A stretch of DNA of 64,000 nt from an uncultured virus (IMG/VR IMGVR_UViG_3300028840_007214) (Duplodnaviria > Heunggongvirae > Uroviricota > Caudoviricetes). A program made the position numbers and the translations under genes. Of the stretch, positions 51,329 to 60,971 are shown one piece after another (position 1 is the stretch's first letter; the number at the start of each line of letters is the position of its first letter). The stretch is from the IMG/VR virus record IMGVR_UViG_3300028840_007214; one strand, given 5' to 3'. Below the pieces are notes generated by a model. The model saw only the letters and a list, made by a program, of their open reading frames with translations. It made no database searches and was not told the origin of the DNA.

Positions 51329-53134
51329 ATGGCAAAGAAGAAGAAAAAGGCCGCAGCGAAGAAGGTTTCAAAGAAGGCTGCAGCAGACGCTCCTATAGAT
51401 ACTAAGCCTGTTGCTGAATTCAGACCGAGAATTACTCGAGGTAAGAATGGCAACAAGGCTGAAGTAGAAAAGCTACATAAAATTGCCGGCCGCATCAGTA
51501 AAAGAGCCGCAGCTGATATTTCTACGAGCGGAAATTTTTCATTTTATTCTCCTCAGCTCTCAACTGATTACCTTGAACTGCCAAGATCTCTACAAGAGAA
51601 ACGAGAGTTCTTTCGGCATTTTTATCATAGTGATGAAATTGTTGGTCGTGCAATAGATCTTCATACTGAATTGCCCCTTTCTAAAGTTCGGCTGACTTTG
51701 CCCAAAGGCACGAATGACCATAAAAAAGCCGAAAAAGTTTTGGCTTTCTTTCAGCAAATGGTCGACCGTAATAAGCTATTTCAAATTTTATTAAGTGCTG
51801 CCCATGAATATTGGCTTCAAGGGAATTGTTTTATCTTTGCTGAAGACGGTGAAGGGCTTGAAACTAATTTTGATCCAAACTCTCTTGAGATAGATGACTT
51901 TTTACAAGATGAAGATACTCTTAAAGAGAAAAGAGAAAGAGCAAATAAAGCTTTTGGTCAAGCAAACCCGCATTATCGCGGCTGGGAAAGGTTAACTATC
52001 TTACCGCCCGATAATATTATGATTCGTTCTTATTCTTTTACTGATATCAAGTCGATTGAATTAGTTCCGAGTGGTAATGAAAAGGCAATTTATTCTAGAG
52101 CCTTACAGGGAGATCCTGGAGCCGAGCAAATTGTAAACCAATTTCCAGATGAAGTTATAAATGCTCTGAATTCCGGCTCTAACATTTTTCTTGATTCCGA
52201 TCCTTATTCGGGTTCATTTTGTTATCACCTAGCTAGACGGCGTTCATGGTATGAAGATTTAGGGTCTTCAATTTTAGAAAGATGTTTAAGAACGTTAGTT
52301 TATCGTGATAAATTGAGGCAAGCTCAATCATTGATCACCGATCGTCATATGACTCCTATTCATCTAGTTTGGGCTGAAAATTTAAGTGAGGATGATGTTG
52401 AGAATTTGCGAGAACAGGTTGACATGTCCTTGCTTGATCCTGATTACAGTATTGTCACGAACTTTGAAGTGCATTGGACCGATATTGGTGCTCAAGAACG
52501 CATTCTAGAACTTTCTACCGAATATGAGCATAATGAGAACTTATTATTTGCAGGTTTAGGAGTTACGCGAGAACTTTTAACAGGAGAAGGTACTTATGGT
52601 GGTAATCGTATCACCTTAGAAATTATGAATACGCAGTACCTCTTATTTAGAGAAATCTTGCAAGAGTATGTTGAGCAATACCTTTTCAAGCCAGTAGCTC
52701 TTAAAAAGCATTTTATAGAAATTGACGCTTATGGTAATGAGATCCTTCTTTATCCAAAATTAAGCTTTACACGTCTCGCCATTTACGGCAACACCGAGTA
52801 TTTCGAGCAGATCTTTTCACTCTACCAAAAAGGTTCAGTATCTATTGATTATGTACTTGAGTTGCTCAATATCGATGCTGAAGATTCTAATGAGAAGGTT
52901 AAGAGAGACTTATTTACTATTGCTGATTCTAAATTTAATCAAGTAATTGATGGAATTTATACAACTGTAGCGACGCGATTGGCAGATGAGACGAATGTCG
53001 GTGGTAAGTTGATGAAATATCTGAATCTTAAGCCAGCTCCTGCTGGGGGTATTGAAGAAGGCGCTGAGGGAACTGAAGAGGCTGAAGCAGGAGCCGGGGC
53101 TGTAGAAGAGATGATTGAAGAGTCGAGGTTCTAA
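51329..53134 (+). CDS. Portal protein
   Basis: Follows terL; IVGRAIDLH.ELP, YWLQGNCF, ILPPD, GSSILERC, AGLGV..ELL.GEG are portal-like motifs; 601 aa. Confidence 0.85.
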   Translation: MAKKKKKAAAKKVSKKAAADAPIDTKPVAEFRPRITRGKNGNKAEVEKLHKIAGRISKRAAADISTSGNFSFYSPQLSTDYLELPRSLQEKREFFRHFYHSDEIVGRAIDLHTELPLSKVRLTLPKGTNDHKKAEKVLAFFQQMVDRNKLFQILLSAAHEYWLQGNCFIFAEDGEGLETNFDPNSLEIDDFLQDEDTLKEKRERANKAFGQANPHYRGWERLTILPPDNIMIRSYSFTDIKSIELVPSGNEKAIYSRALQGDPGAEQIVNQFPDEVINALNSGSNIFLDSDPYSGSFCYHLARRRSWYEDLGSSILERCLRTLVYRDKLRQAQSLITDRHMTPIHLVWAENLSEDDVENLREQVDMSLLDPDYSIVTNFEVHWTDIGAQERILELSTEYEHNENLLFAGLGVTRELLTGEGTYGGNRITLEIMNTQYLLFREILQEYVEQYLFKPVALKKHFIEIDAYGNEILLYPKLSFTRLAIYGNTEYFEQIFSLYQKGSVSIDYVLELLNIDAEDSNEKVKRDLFTIADSKFNQVIDGIYTTVATRLADETNVGGKLMKYLNLKPAPAGGIEEGAEGTEEAEAGAGAVEEMIEESRF

Positions 53135-53595
53135 TGCCTAAAGGTGAAGGTCAAGAAGGCAAGAAGCGAGGTCCTTATAAAAAAGATAAGGATGACGTTG
53201 AAATTCGGAGGCATAAGGCCCCTCATGGTAGAAAACCGCCTCGTGTAGATATGCATAAACTTATTGTTCCGGAAGAAGATCCTGATTTAATCAGCGATAC
53301 TTATAAGCCTAAAAAGAAGTCCGAGGATCAGGTAGATCGTGTAATTTCACAATTTAAAGATCAAGAACTCGAAAAGATGGCTCAAGATATTTATGCACAT
53401 GCTTTAGAAAACCATGAAACTATTTGGACAGATGCATATAAACGTTATCCAGATTCTAATGGCAGCCAAGCATTGCCCGCATCTGAGTTCATTCTTGGTC
53501 TTCTTGGTGAACTTTACTCACAAGAGCATAGTTTTGATGTTTGGGCTCAAATTCGTTCAAAACTTTTCAGTAAAGTACATGCCGGGTTGACCTAA
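53134..53595 (+). CDS. Head-module hypothetical protein
   Basis: Coupled to portal (TAATG); basic N-terminus with KPPR.D...EEDPDL. Confidence 0.6.
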   Translation: MPKGEGQEGKKRGPYKKDKDDVEIRRHKAPHGRKPPRVDMHKLIVPEEDPDLISDTYKPKKKSEDQVDRVISQFKDQELEKMAQDIYAHALENHETIWTDAYKRYPDSNGSQALPASEFILGLLGELYSQEHSFDVWAQIRSKLFSKVHAGLT

Positions 53596-53622
53596 AGCTC
53601 TTCGATCTTCCTGCCTTGTTAT

Positions 53623-53637
53623 AATAATCCACTAATA
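53623..53637 (+). promoter_or_regulatory. Putative phage late-promoter motif, copy 2 (AATAATCCACTAATA)
   Basis: Intergenic; matches the other three copies. Confidence 0.65.
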
Positions 53638-53677
53638 GATTATCAAATGATGATAATATCATTTCCATTTTTGGATT

Positions 53678-54190
53678 TTGAGAAAAGTGGCAAATACGAA
53701 ACTAGAACTACGAGAAGAAGATGAGGTTTCTTCTTGGTCATATGATGCTAGATTTGAACCGACCGAGAATGTAGATCTTCCTTCGATTGATGATTATGAA
53801 GATTTTGATCTGATTTCGGCTTATGATTTTGAATATTGGCGTAGAAATCCATGGGGTTATATCGATAAGGCTTATCTTTGTGAGACAGATTTCAAGCGAA
53901 TTGTTTCGAAAGCTTTAGATTTAAGAGATGAAGAGACTTATTCTTGTAACCCAGATGCTGCTAACTCATCTGCACTTGAATTAGCAATCTGGAGTATGGA
54001 TGATGCCGCTTATCAATCAAAGATCCATCCAAATGTTTTCAAAGAGATGCTTGTAGCAATGGAAGATCCAAAATTTAAGAAAGTTTCAAAAGAGCTACAA
54101 GCACGTGATCTTAATAAACTTTATGCAGTTGAGAAACTGCTTAAATTAGCTCAAGAATTAAAAGACCTTTCTTTTGAGGAGATCTCGTAA
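53678..54190 (+). CDS. Head-module hypothetical protein
   Basis: 170 aa acidic ORF downstream of motif copy 2. Confidence 0.55.
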   Translation: MRKVANTKLELREEDEVSSWSYDARFEPTENVDLPSIDDYEDFDLISAYDFEYWRRNPWGYIDKAYLCETDFKRIVSKALDLRDEETYSCNPDAANSSALELAIWSMDDAAYQSKIHPNVFKEMLVAMEDPKFKKVSKELQARDLNKLYAVEKLLKLAQELKDLSFEEIS

Positions 54191-54191
54191 G

Positions 54192-54695
54192 ATGAATAAG
54201 GCTACAGCTGAGAGGATGATGACACGGCTGATGCGGATTGCCGGTGAGGTACACAAAGAGAATCCAGACCTCGCGAAGCGTATCAAGAGAGTTGCCGAAT
54301 GGTTAGAAGGGGATGCTGACGAATCGCGCTTCATGAAGAACTTTGACTTCGATGGCACCTATGAAGGTGATGCTGATGAAAGTCGTTACATGAAGATGTA
54401 CGATGATGTCAAAGATCTTCCTGCTCGGGATTCTGAGGTGCAGAAGAGAGTTGAGCCTCCCGTCAAGGATTTGAACACTGACAAAAAGTGGAAGAATCCA
54501 CATGAGGGGCAGGGTCCAGTTGATTATCACTGGGCTAAGGCACTTAAAGTCGCCTCGGCGCGCCTTGACAATCTTGCTGAGCAGGTCGAACCGCATGATG
54601 CAGATCTTGCTCTCCGCATTGATCAGATTTCAGATGCGATTGATGTCGAGCGTGAGCGTGTAGCAGCCGCCTTAAAAGAAAAAGAAGAAAAGTAA
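54192..54695 (+). CDS. Head-module protein with internal repeats
   Basis: RBS gaggag; duplicated EGDADESR(F/Y)MK; similar helical hairpins at both ends. Confidence 0.65.
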   Translation: MNKATAERMMTRLMRIAGEVHKENPDLAKRIKRVAEWLEGDADESRFMKNFDFDGTYEGDADESRYMKMYDDVKDLPARDSEVQKRVEPPVKDLNTDKKWKNPHEGQGPVDYHWAKALKVASARLDNLAEQVEPHDADLALRIDQISDAIDVERERVAAALKEKEEK

Positions 54696-54741
54696 GCGTT
54701 GCTTGCCTTTACAAGTAACGTTGGCGGTGGAGACTAAGTAT

Positions 54742-56319
54742 ATGCCCTATCCTAACGAACACGCAGCTCGGCTAAAAGAACCAGATCAATACGAAGACTG
54801 GGCGCGACAAAACGATCGCTTCGGCAAAGGTGTTGACGCAATCTGGGGAATCAAGCGAGGCAAACCTCAATTACAAGCTCTGAGATTCGATAAAGAGACT
54901 TTTACCGCAGCCGAAGCAAAGAAATGGCTCAAATCGCACAATTACGATCCGATCTTGTTCGAAGCTGCTGAAGGTGAAGAGAAATCGAAGAAGAAAAAGA
55001 AGACCAAGAAAAAGAAGTCTGCAGGCGCACTCTACCCATCTCTTGTCGCTCCTGAAGACTTCAGGCCTGGAGATGTTGTTCGAAAGATCTTTGGTGATTT
55101 CAGAGTAACTGAATACACCGGAATCATTCTTGCAGTACATCCAACTACGCAGACGGTTGATGTTAGATGGCCGTATGGGATAGGGTTCGAAAATCCGCAA
55201 GATCTTGTTCGAGTAAATCCATTCTTTGAGCCCCCGACAGTTGTGATTGACGGTGAGGGCTATTACACGACTTGGGATGCTGAAAGGTGGAACAGCAAGA
55301 CAGATGTTCCGTCAAAGGGAGTGTCAGGAAGATCTCCTCTTTATCATGATACCCGAGATATAATTGATGATATAATTAAGAACGCAGCCACCACGACTAA
55401 TGCTCTGCCCTCATACACCTTTACATCTAATGTGGATAACAACACAATTTATGTAAACAGTGCAGGCAGTGTAACATTAACTGAAGGGTCTTATACTTCT
55501 GTGGATAATGCAATTGAAGTAACTTTAGATAATGAAATACCGGATGAACTTAAAGCTGCTCGAATTGCTGATCGTTATGTTCGAAGAGCATTTAACGTTT
55601 TGTTAAGAGCCGCTTCACATCCATATAATGCTGGCTTAAATGACTTACAGACATATAGTTTACTTTACAGGAAGTTCGGCCAGCACTATTCAGAACCCTC
55701 AATCCGCAAAGTAGTCTCTTATCTGTATGGTGAACCTCATACATATGCAGTTGAAGATTTTGATCGCGTAATTCAAGCAGCAGTCGTCGCGGCTCAAGAA
55801 AAGGATAAGAAATTATTAAAAGAAATGTTCTTGGCCGTTGTAGGCGCAACGCAAGGGGATACAGGTAAAAGCCTAAATGATCTACTTGACTTTTCAATCG
55901 AAACTCCGCATGCTAAAGAGATTTACAATAATTTTAGGCATGCCGTGCGTAGAGGCGGGGGCAGGTTAGATCTTTTACCAACACCTAGTGCAAGATTTGC
56001 TTCTCAAGAGAAGCAAAGTGATGAGGTAACAAATCTCGACAATATGCAATGGACCGTAATTACTTTACCAGCTTTGAGTGAACAAGCCTTCCAGCAGCTC
56101 TTTGATGTTGAAGAGGATTTAGTTAATATCGCTGAGATGTCCGAAACACCTTTCACTGAAGCTGCGCAAAAGTTGAGTCCTGAAATTGCAAAGCTTTGGG
56201 CGGATCTTACATATCTAGAAGATAAGACAGCTGTCGAGTTTAATCAACCTCTAAAAGATCTGGCGGGTAGCGGTAAAATTCGCGAAGCTTTTAATCAACT
56301 TAAAGCTCTCAAGAGTTAG
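54742..56319 (+). CDS. Multi-domain head-module protein
   Basis: N-terminal PYPNEHAARL...QALRF...EAKKWL.H module; SH3-like FRPGDVV...G.I.AV...VDVRWP module; RBS ggag. Confidence 0.6.
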   Translation: MPYPNEHAARLKEPDQYEDWARQNDRFGKGVDAIWGIKRGKPQLQALRFDKETFTAAEAKKWLKSHNYDPILFEAAEGEEKSKKKKKTKKKKSAGALYPSLVAPEDFRPGDVVRKIFGDFRVTEYTGIILAVHPTTQTVDVRWPYGIGFENPQDLVRVNPFFEPPTVVIDGEGYYTTWDAERWNSKTDVPSKGVSGRSPLYHDTRDIIDDIIKNAATTTNALPSYTFTSNVDNNTIYVNSAGSVTLTEGSYTSVDNAIEVTLDNEIPDELKAARIADRYVRRAFNVLLRAASHPYNAGLNDLQTYSLLYRKFGQHYSEPSIRKVVSYLYGEPHTYAVEDFDRVIQAAVVAAQEKDKKLLKEMFLAVVGATQGDTGKSLNDLLDFSIETPHAKEIYNNFRHAVRRGGGRLDLLPTPSARFASQEKQSDEVTNLDNMQWTVITLPALSEQAFQQLFDVEEDLVNIAEMSETPFTEAAQKLSPEIAKLWADLTYLEDKTAVEFNQPLKDLAGSGKIREAFNQLKALKS

Positions 56320-56321
56320 AT

Positions 56322-56603
56322 ATGAGCTGCATTCTAGGAAGAGAATTTAATTTTAAATCAACAGTTGAGGGTGAAGTCTATACTTTCGTAGTTGTATGGC
56401 AAGAAGTCGAAGACAAAGTGTATGTAAAGAGTATTGAGACACCTCGAGGCCATGCTGGATTTGCTATACCTATTCCAGAGCAAGTCGTGAAAGATATGTA
56501 TATCGCCACTCAAATGGTTAGAGCAGATACTTTTGCTGATCACTACACTGGAGTACCTCAGATAACAGGGCATGGTGGATCAGGATTTATCTGTATGAGT
56601 TAA
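56322..56603 (+). CDS. Hypothetical protein
   Basis: 93 aa ORF in the operon. Confidence 0.55.
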   Translation: MSCILGREFNFKSTVEGEVYTFVVVWQEVEDKVYVKSIETPRGHAGFAIPIPEQVVKDMYIATQMVRADTFADHYTGVPQITGHGGSGFICMS

Positions 56604-56613
56604 AAGGTACGTT

Positions 56614-57216
56614 ATGGGCAATTTGCATATTAGTTTAGGTGAAAATGTTCAAGATCTTATAGAGCTTTATTGGGAAGCCGGTGATAGCACTATAGATCAC
56701 TTTAAAGTATACCATTCTGTCGCTGTTGGTGGTCCTTTTACTTTATGGGATCCGCATATACCTAATTATCCTTCTCGTTGGGTTCAGCGGATGGCCGTCG
56801 CATTTAATGTGTCGCGAGTAGCCCTTGGTATTAATCAGAATGTGCCCCATCACTTTAGAATTACTGAAGTTGATAAGGCAGGAGTCGAAAGCCTTTTAGC
56901 TAACTCACCAACGCGTGCTGTGCCGGCTCCTGGGTCTCCTCGATTTCAGTTTGATGCTAATATTACCGTAGCTGCCTATCCGACTAATCCTCAGTTTAAT
57001 TTTGGTTTTTCAGCCACCTCTTTCTTGATTGTCAATAAAGGGGGTGGGGGCGAAATCGAATATAGCTTTGACGGTGTAGCAACTCATGGTAAACTTGGAA
57101 CTGCGGGTGCACCAGATAATGGTAAGGTATTTGACTTTAGAAGAGCGCGAAAAATTTGGTGTAAGCATACAGGATCGGCGCAAATGGTAAGAGTTGAGGC
57201 TTGGGTAAATCGTTAA
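56614..57216 (+). CDS. Fibronectin type III-like virion protein
   Basis: LYW...FKVYHS...GGPF...FRITEVD..GVES, an FN3-like pattern. Confidence 0.6.
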   Translation: MGNLHISLGENVQDLIELYWEAGDSTIDHFKVYHSVAVGGPFTLWDPHIPNYPSRWVQRMAVAFNVSRVALGINQNVPHHFRITEVDKAGVESLLANSPTRAVPAPGSPRFQFDANITVAAYPTNPQFNFGFSATSFLIVNKGGGGEIEYSFDGVATHGKLGTAGAPDNGKVFDFRRARKIWCKHTGSAQMVRVEAWVNR

Positions 57217-57243
57217 ATAAAGCTTTTAAGCTAAATTAGATCT

Positions 57244-57267
57244 GCGCGGTTATATCCGCGCTTTTTT
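57244..57267 (+). terminator. Rho-independent terminator
   Basis: GCGCGG-ttatat-CCGCGC followed by TTTTTT. Confidence 0.85.
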
Positions 57268-57281
57268 AGTGTAAGAATTAG

Positions 57282-58310
57282 ATGATCAAATCTATTATCT
57301 TTTTAAAGAAAGGTATTAATGCTTGCACACATTACCGTGTTGATATACCTGCTAAATTTTTAACTCAGCTTAACTTTAATGTAAGAATAAAAGAAACTAT
57401 TCAAGCAGAGGATTTAAATGATATAGATAAGACTATATTTGTTTTTGGGCGCGCTGCTTCATATGATGAGTTAAATCTTTTCAGAGAAATCAAACATAGG
57501 GGAGCTACTGTAGTTTATGAATTAGATGATAATCTCTTAGACTTGCCTTCAGGTAACCCTGCAACTATTTTCTATCTAAGCAAACAAGGATATATTAGAT
57601 CTTTTATCCGTGAAGCTAATCATGTTATTGTCACAAATGAAGCGCTTAAGAAAGTCTTGCAGAACTATAATCGGCAGATCTCGTGTGTCGATAATTATCT
57701 AGATCTTGACTATGCGCGTATTGAATGCTCACCTAATCTTTTTGATAAACATTCAAAAAGATTAGATGCTTCTATCTTTGACGGGCGTTTTGTTATACTT
57801 TGGGCTGGAAGTATAACGCATAGAGATGACTTAAGAGTTTTGAGTAAACCGCTTTTAGCCTTTTTGCATAAATATCCAGAAGCTTTGCTAGTCGCTGTTC
57901 ACTCATTAAACAAAGAGTTGCTTGTGCATATCTCGAATGAGCAGCTTTGTTTAGTCTCTGCTGTGCCCCCTACGCAATACCTTAATTTACTTTCGAAGTT
58001 GTCTGCAGATGTCGGATTAGCTCCTTTATGCAGGCATCCTTTTAATGAGTGTAAGAGTAGACTTCGAGTTATTGAGTATATGGCTTCAAGCATCATCCCC
58101 CTTGCAAGCAATTTAGGACCGTATAGAGAAATTCTAGAAGGGACACCTTTTGCTGACTTGCTTTGTTCGGTGGGCTGGTACGAAAAGTTAGAGTGGTTAA
58201 AGAATGAAGTAAACCTAGAAGTTCTAAAAGAGCATTTGTCTCAGTTTTGCCGAGAACGTTTTATTATTCAGAACTCTAACTGGGCAGATGTCTTTATAAA
58301 TCTCACCTAA
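57282..58310 (+). CDS. GT-B fold glycosyltransferase (GT4-like)
   Basis: YRV..P, VVYELDDNL, VTNEALK, ILWAGS.TH..DL, DVGLAPL...FNECKS.L..IEY, ASNLGPY. Confidence 0.88.
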   Translation: MIKSIIFLKKGINACTHYRVDIPAKFLTQLNFNVRIKETIQAEDLNDIDKTIFVFGRAASYDELNLFREIKHRGATVVYELDDNLLDLPSGNPATIFYLSKQGYIRSFIREANHVIVTNEALKKVLQNYNRQISCVDNYLDLDYARIECSPNLFDKHSKRLDASIFDGRFVILWAGSITHRDDLRVLSKPLLAFLHKYPEALLVAVHSLNKELLVHISNEQLCLVSAVPPTQYLNLLSKLSADVGLAPLCRHPFNECKSRLRVIEYMASSIIPLASNLGPYREILEGTPFADLLCSVGWYEKLEWLKNEVNLEVLKEHLSQFCRERFIIQNSNWADVFINLT

Positions 58311-58314
58311 AGAC

Positions 58315-58329
58315 AATAATCCATTAATA
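58315..58329 (+). promoter_or_regulatory. Putative phage late-promoter motif, copy 3 (AATAATCCATTAATA)
   Basis: Upstream of the prohead protease; identical to copy 4. Confidence 0.7.
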
Positions 58330-58385
58330 TTTTCTAAGTTTAAATTGATTCTACTGTGTCCATTGAATTTGTTCAAGAGGATGAG

Positions 58386-60035
58386 ATGGCATTTTTAAAA
58401 GTCGCAAACGCGGTTGTTGTACGTAACTTAAAAGACTGGGAAGAATGGGGTGGTGAGTCTTTATTTCATACAAAGACTGCTCAAAAAGAGATTGTCTCAA
58501 AATATGAACCAGACAAATATCTTTTAACACATTGCACAATTATCGCTAGTGTAGATGTTGAAAAGGATAACCCTCATTTTATCACTCCCGAAACTACACG
58601 TTTTGTGAACAACAATTATGACGCTTGGGAAAGAGATCTGCTCTTAGGTTGCTATAAAACATTCATTGGTGCAAACAATTATGTAGAGCATGTGCAGGTT
58701 GAAGATTTAGCAAAAGGCAAAGTGATTGATGCTGTTGCGCGAGAAGTTATCTTTCCTTCAAAGACTGCAAACGAGCGTGAGGCAAAATCGATCTATGTTG
58801 ACATTTTAGTCGCCACTGATCGAAAACATAAAAAACTTGTTAAAGATATCGAAGAAGAAAGAACAAATAAACTTTCAATGGGTTGTGCTGTTGCCTTTAC
58901 GATTTGTTCTAAATGTGGTAATAAGGCAGAAGATACAGTACAGCTGTGCCGGCATATTAAATATGAAAAGGGAAATAAGTTTTTAGATGATAGCGGGGTT
59001 GAGCGCATTGTTGCTGAACTTTGTGGTCATAAAGATGATCCTGAAAGTGTAAAGTTTATTGATGCAAGTTGGGTGGAGAATCCAGCTTTTACAGGCGCCG
59101 TTCTAAATAAGATCTTAATACCTGAAGGTGATAGTTCTGTACAAGCAAAATTAAAGTCTGCTTTTGAGGTGGGCGCAATTACAGGTATTGAGTCATTACA
59201 TCTCAAGAAAGTTGCCGGTACTAACTTTTATAAGGTCGCACAACCTGAAGATGAACCAGAGCCTGAGCTTGAAGAGGCGGCACCTGAAGAAGAGGTCGCA
59301 CCTGAAGAAGAGGTCGCACCTGAAGAGCTTGCACCTGAAGAAGAAGCAATAGAAGAAGTTGAAACACCTGATGAGCTAACTGAGATTTCGGATGAGATGA
59401 CCTTTGGTGAAGTCAAAGATATTATCAAAAAGAAGTTAAAAGAAAAAGCCAAGCATGAAATTAAAGAAGAGCTTCTTAGAGAGCTTGAAGAAGAGTTTTC
59501 AGAAAGTGAACGCTCCGAAGAATATTTTGAAGAAGAAGGGCACACACGAGATACATTAGTTTCTTCTTCAGAGCTAAATACTGTTAAACAAGGCATTCAT
59601 TATGATGAGAAAATGCCTTTCGATCAATTAGGCTACATTACTGCCAAGACACGTGAAGAAGCGATCAGTAAATTGTCTACAGTACCCCGCAAAAAGTTTG
59701 CTGATTTGTTTTCTAAGTATTTTAGAAGCAGAGAAGGTGCTGAAGATATACACACTGCTATAAAGATTTTAGCACTTGCTTCACCGAATTCCTGGGAACG
59801 TTTAGCAAAGTCGAAAATTTCGGGTAAAGGTGCTGTTCTTCTATCTGCTTTCCTTGATTCTCTAATTAAAGCGAATTACGATCAGCGAATTTATATGGCT
59901 GCTTTAAATTCTAGTAAGTTTAAGCATAGAGATACATTTAAAGCATATTTAAAACGTCTTTTCGGTCGCGAGCTCGAAGCAACTGAACTAAAGAAGGTTG
60001 TTCAAGAAGTGGAACGATTCAATCTTTTTAGTTAA
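58386..60035 (+). CDS. Prohead maturation protease with a Zn insert and an acidic C-terminal extension
   Basis: N.N.DAW, NYVEH, KGKVIDA, LSMGC, CSKCG...CRH, SWVENPAF: HK97/assemblin-type His...Ser pattern; position before scaffold and capsid. Confidence 0.75.
   Translation: MAFLKVANAVVVRNLKDWEEWGGESLFHTKTAQKEIVSKYEPDKYLLTHCTIIASVDVEKDNPHFITPETTRFVNNNYDAWERDLLLGCYKTFIGANNYVEHVQVEDLAKGKVIDAVAREVIFPSKTANEREAKSIYVDILVATDRKHKKLVKDIEEERTNKLSMGCAVAFTICSKCGNKAEDTVQLCRHIKYEKGNKFLDDSGVERIVAELCGHKDDPESVKFIDASWVENPAFTGAVLNKILIPEGDSSVQAKLKSAFEVGAITGIESLHLKKVAGTNFYKVAQPEDEPEPELEEAAPEEEVAPEEEVAPEELAPEEEAIEEVETPDELTEISDEMTFGEVKDIIKKKLKEKAKHEIKEELLRELEEEFSESERSEEYFEEEGHTRDTLVSSSELNTVKQGIHYDEKMPFDQLGYITAKTREEAISKLSTVPRKKFADLFSKYFRSREGAEDIHTAIKILALASPNSWERLAKSKISGKGAVLLSAFLDSLIKANYDQRIYMAALNSSKFKHRDTFKAYLKRLFGRELEATELKKVVQEVERFNLFS
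59280..59345 (+). repeat. 18-bp coding repeat (GCACCTGAAGAAGAGGTC) encoding APEEEV
   Basis: About four visible units, one shortened. Confidence 0.85.
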
Positions 60036-60048
60036 TAATCCATTAATA
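60034..60048 (+). promoter_or_regulatory. Putative phage late-promoter motif, copy 4 (AATAATCCATTAATA)
   Basis: Upstream of the scaffold-decoration-capsid genes. Confidence 0.7.
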
Positions 60049-60153
60049 GTCGAGAACATGATGATTGGTAACGAAATATTATTTCAAAAGTAATATTTCA
60101 CTAATTTCGAAAAGTTCATTAATTAAGAGATCATCTTATAGAGGAGTTTAACT

Positions 60154-60927
60154 ATGCGCAAGCGACTTACTCAAAGGAAAAAAGAAGCAGATCAGAAAAA
60201 GACTGCTGAACTAACTGATCCGAATCAGTTAGGGAGAGAGGATCGCGTGAATCCGCCCTTGTCCAAGTATGAAACTCACAAGTTTGTTGAGAATCATCCT
60301 CTTCCAGATCTGAAACATGATTGGCAGAAGGACAAGAGGAATGAAGTGGGCCTTCCAGCACCTATGAAAGAGGCTGCTGTGCGCCAAGCTCGTCAAGAGC
60401 GTGATAGGCTAGAAAAAGAAACTAAGAAGAAGGCTGAAGCTTGCCTCAAGATTGCTGAGATGATCCTGCCAGAAGGTGATGTGAATGTTCAAGAAGATCA
60501 GGCAGTTGATCTTATGGATCTTCCGACTGATGCTATTGTCAACACATTGCGCAGAAAGTATGAACTCCTCGAAAATATAGAAGCAGCCGCCAAGGAAGCA
60601 ACCGAAGACAAGGAAGCAACCGAGGAGCAGACAGAAGAGACAAAAGAAGCTTTCGGTGAAGAAGCTACAGATGCTGAGCTGAAAGAAGAAGAGACGAAGG
60701 AAGTCGAAGCAGAAGAGAAGTGTGCAGAAGAAGATGAGATTGAGATGTCGGCTGCAGAAGAAGATGAGATCTTAGATCGTATCTTCACAAAAGAGACTTC
60801 CGAGAAGAAAGAAGTAAAGAAGGAAGGCGCAAAGAAGCTTGGAAATGTGAAGAAAGCGAGCGTCGATAATGATCTTTCAAAGCTTTGGAAGTCAGATCCT
60901 GACGTATCCAACGCTTTCGGAATTTAG
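60154..60927 (+). CDS. Capsid scaffolding protein (putative)
   Basis: RBS gaggag; E/K/A-rich helical protein; C-terminal LSKLW.S.PDVS..F; position between protease and capsid. Confidence 0.6.
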   Translation: MRKRLTQRKKEADQKKTAELTDPNQLGREDRVNPPLSKYETHKFVENHPLPDLKHDWQKDKRNEVGLPAPMKEAAVRQARQERDRLEKETKKKAEACLKIAEMILPEGDVNVQEDQAVDLMDLPTDAIVNTLRRKYELLENIEAAAKEATEDKEATEEQTEETKEAFGEEATDAELKEEETKEVEAEEKCAEEDEIEMSAAEEDEILDRIFTKETSEKKEVKKEGAKKLGNVKKASVDNDLSKLWKSDPDVSNAFGI

Positions 60928-60971
60928 TTAGATACTTGTAGTTCTTTGGTAGAAGCATTCGGGAGGTGATC

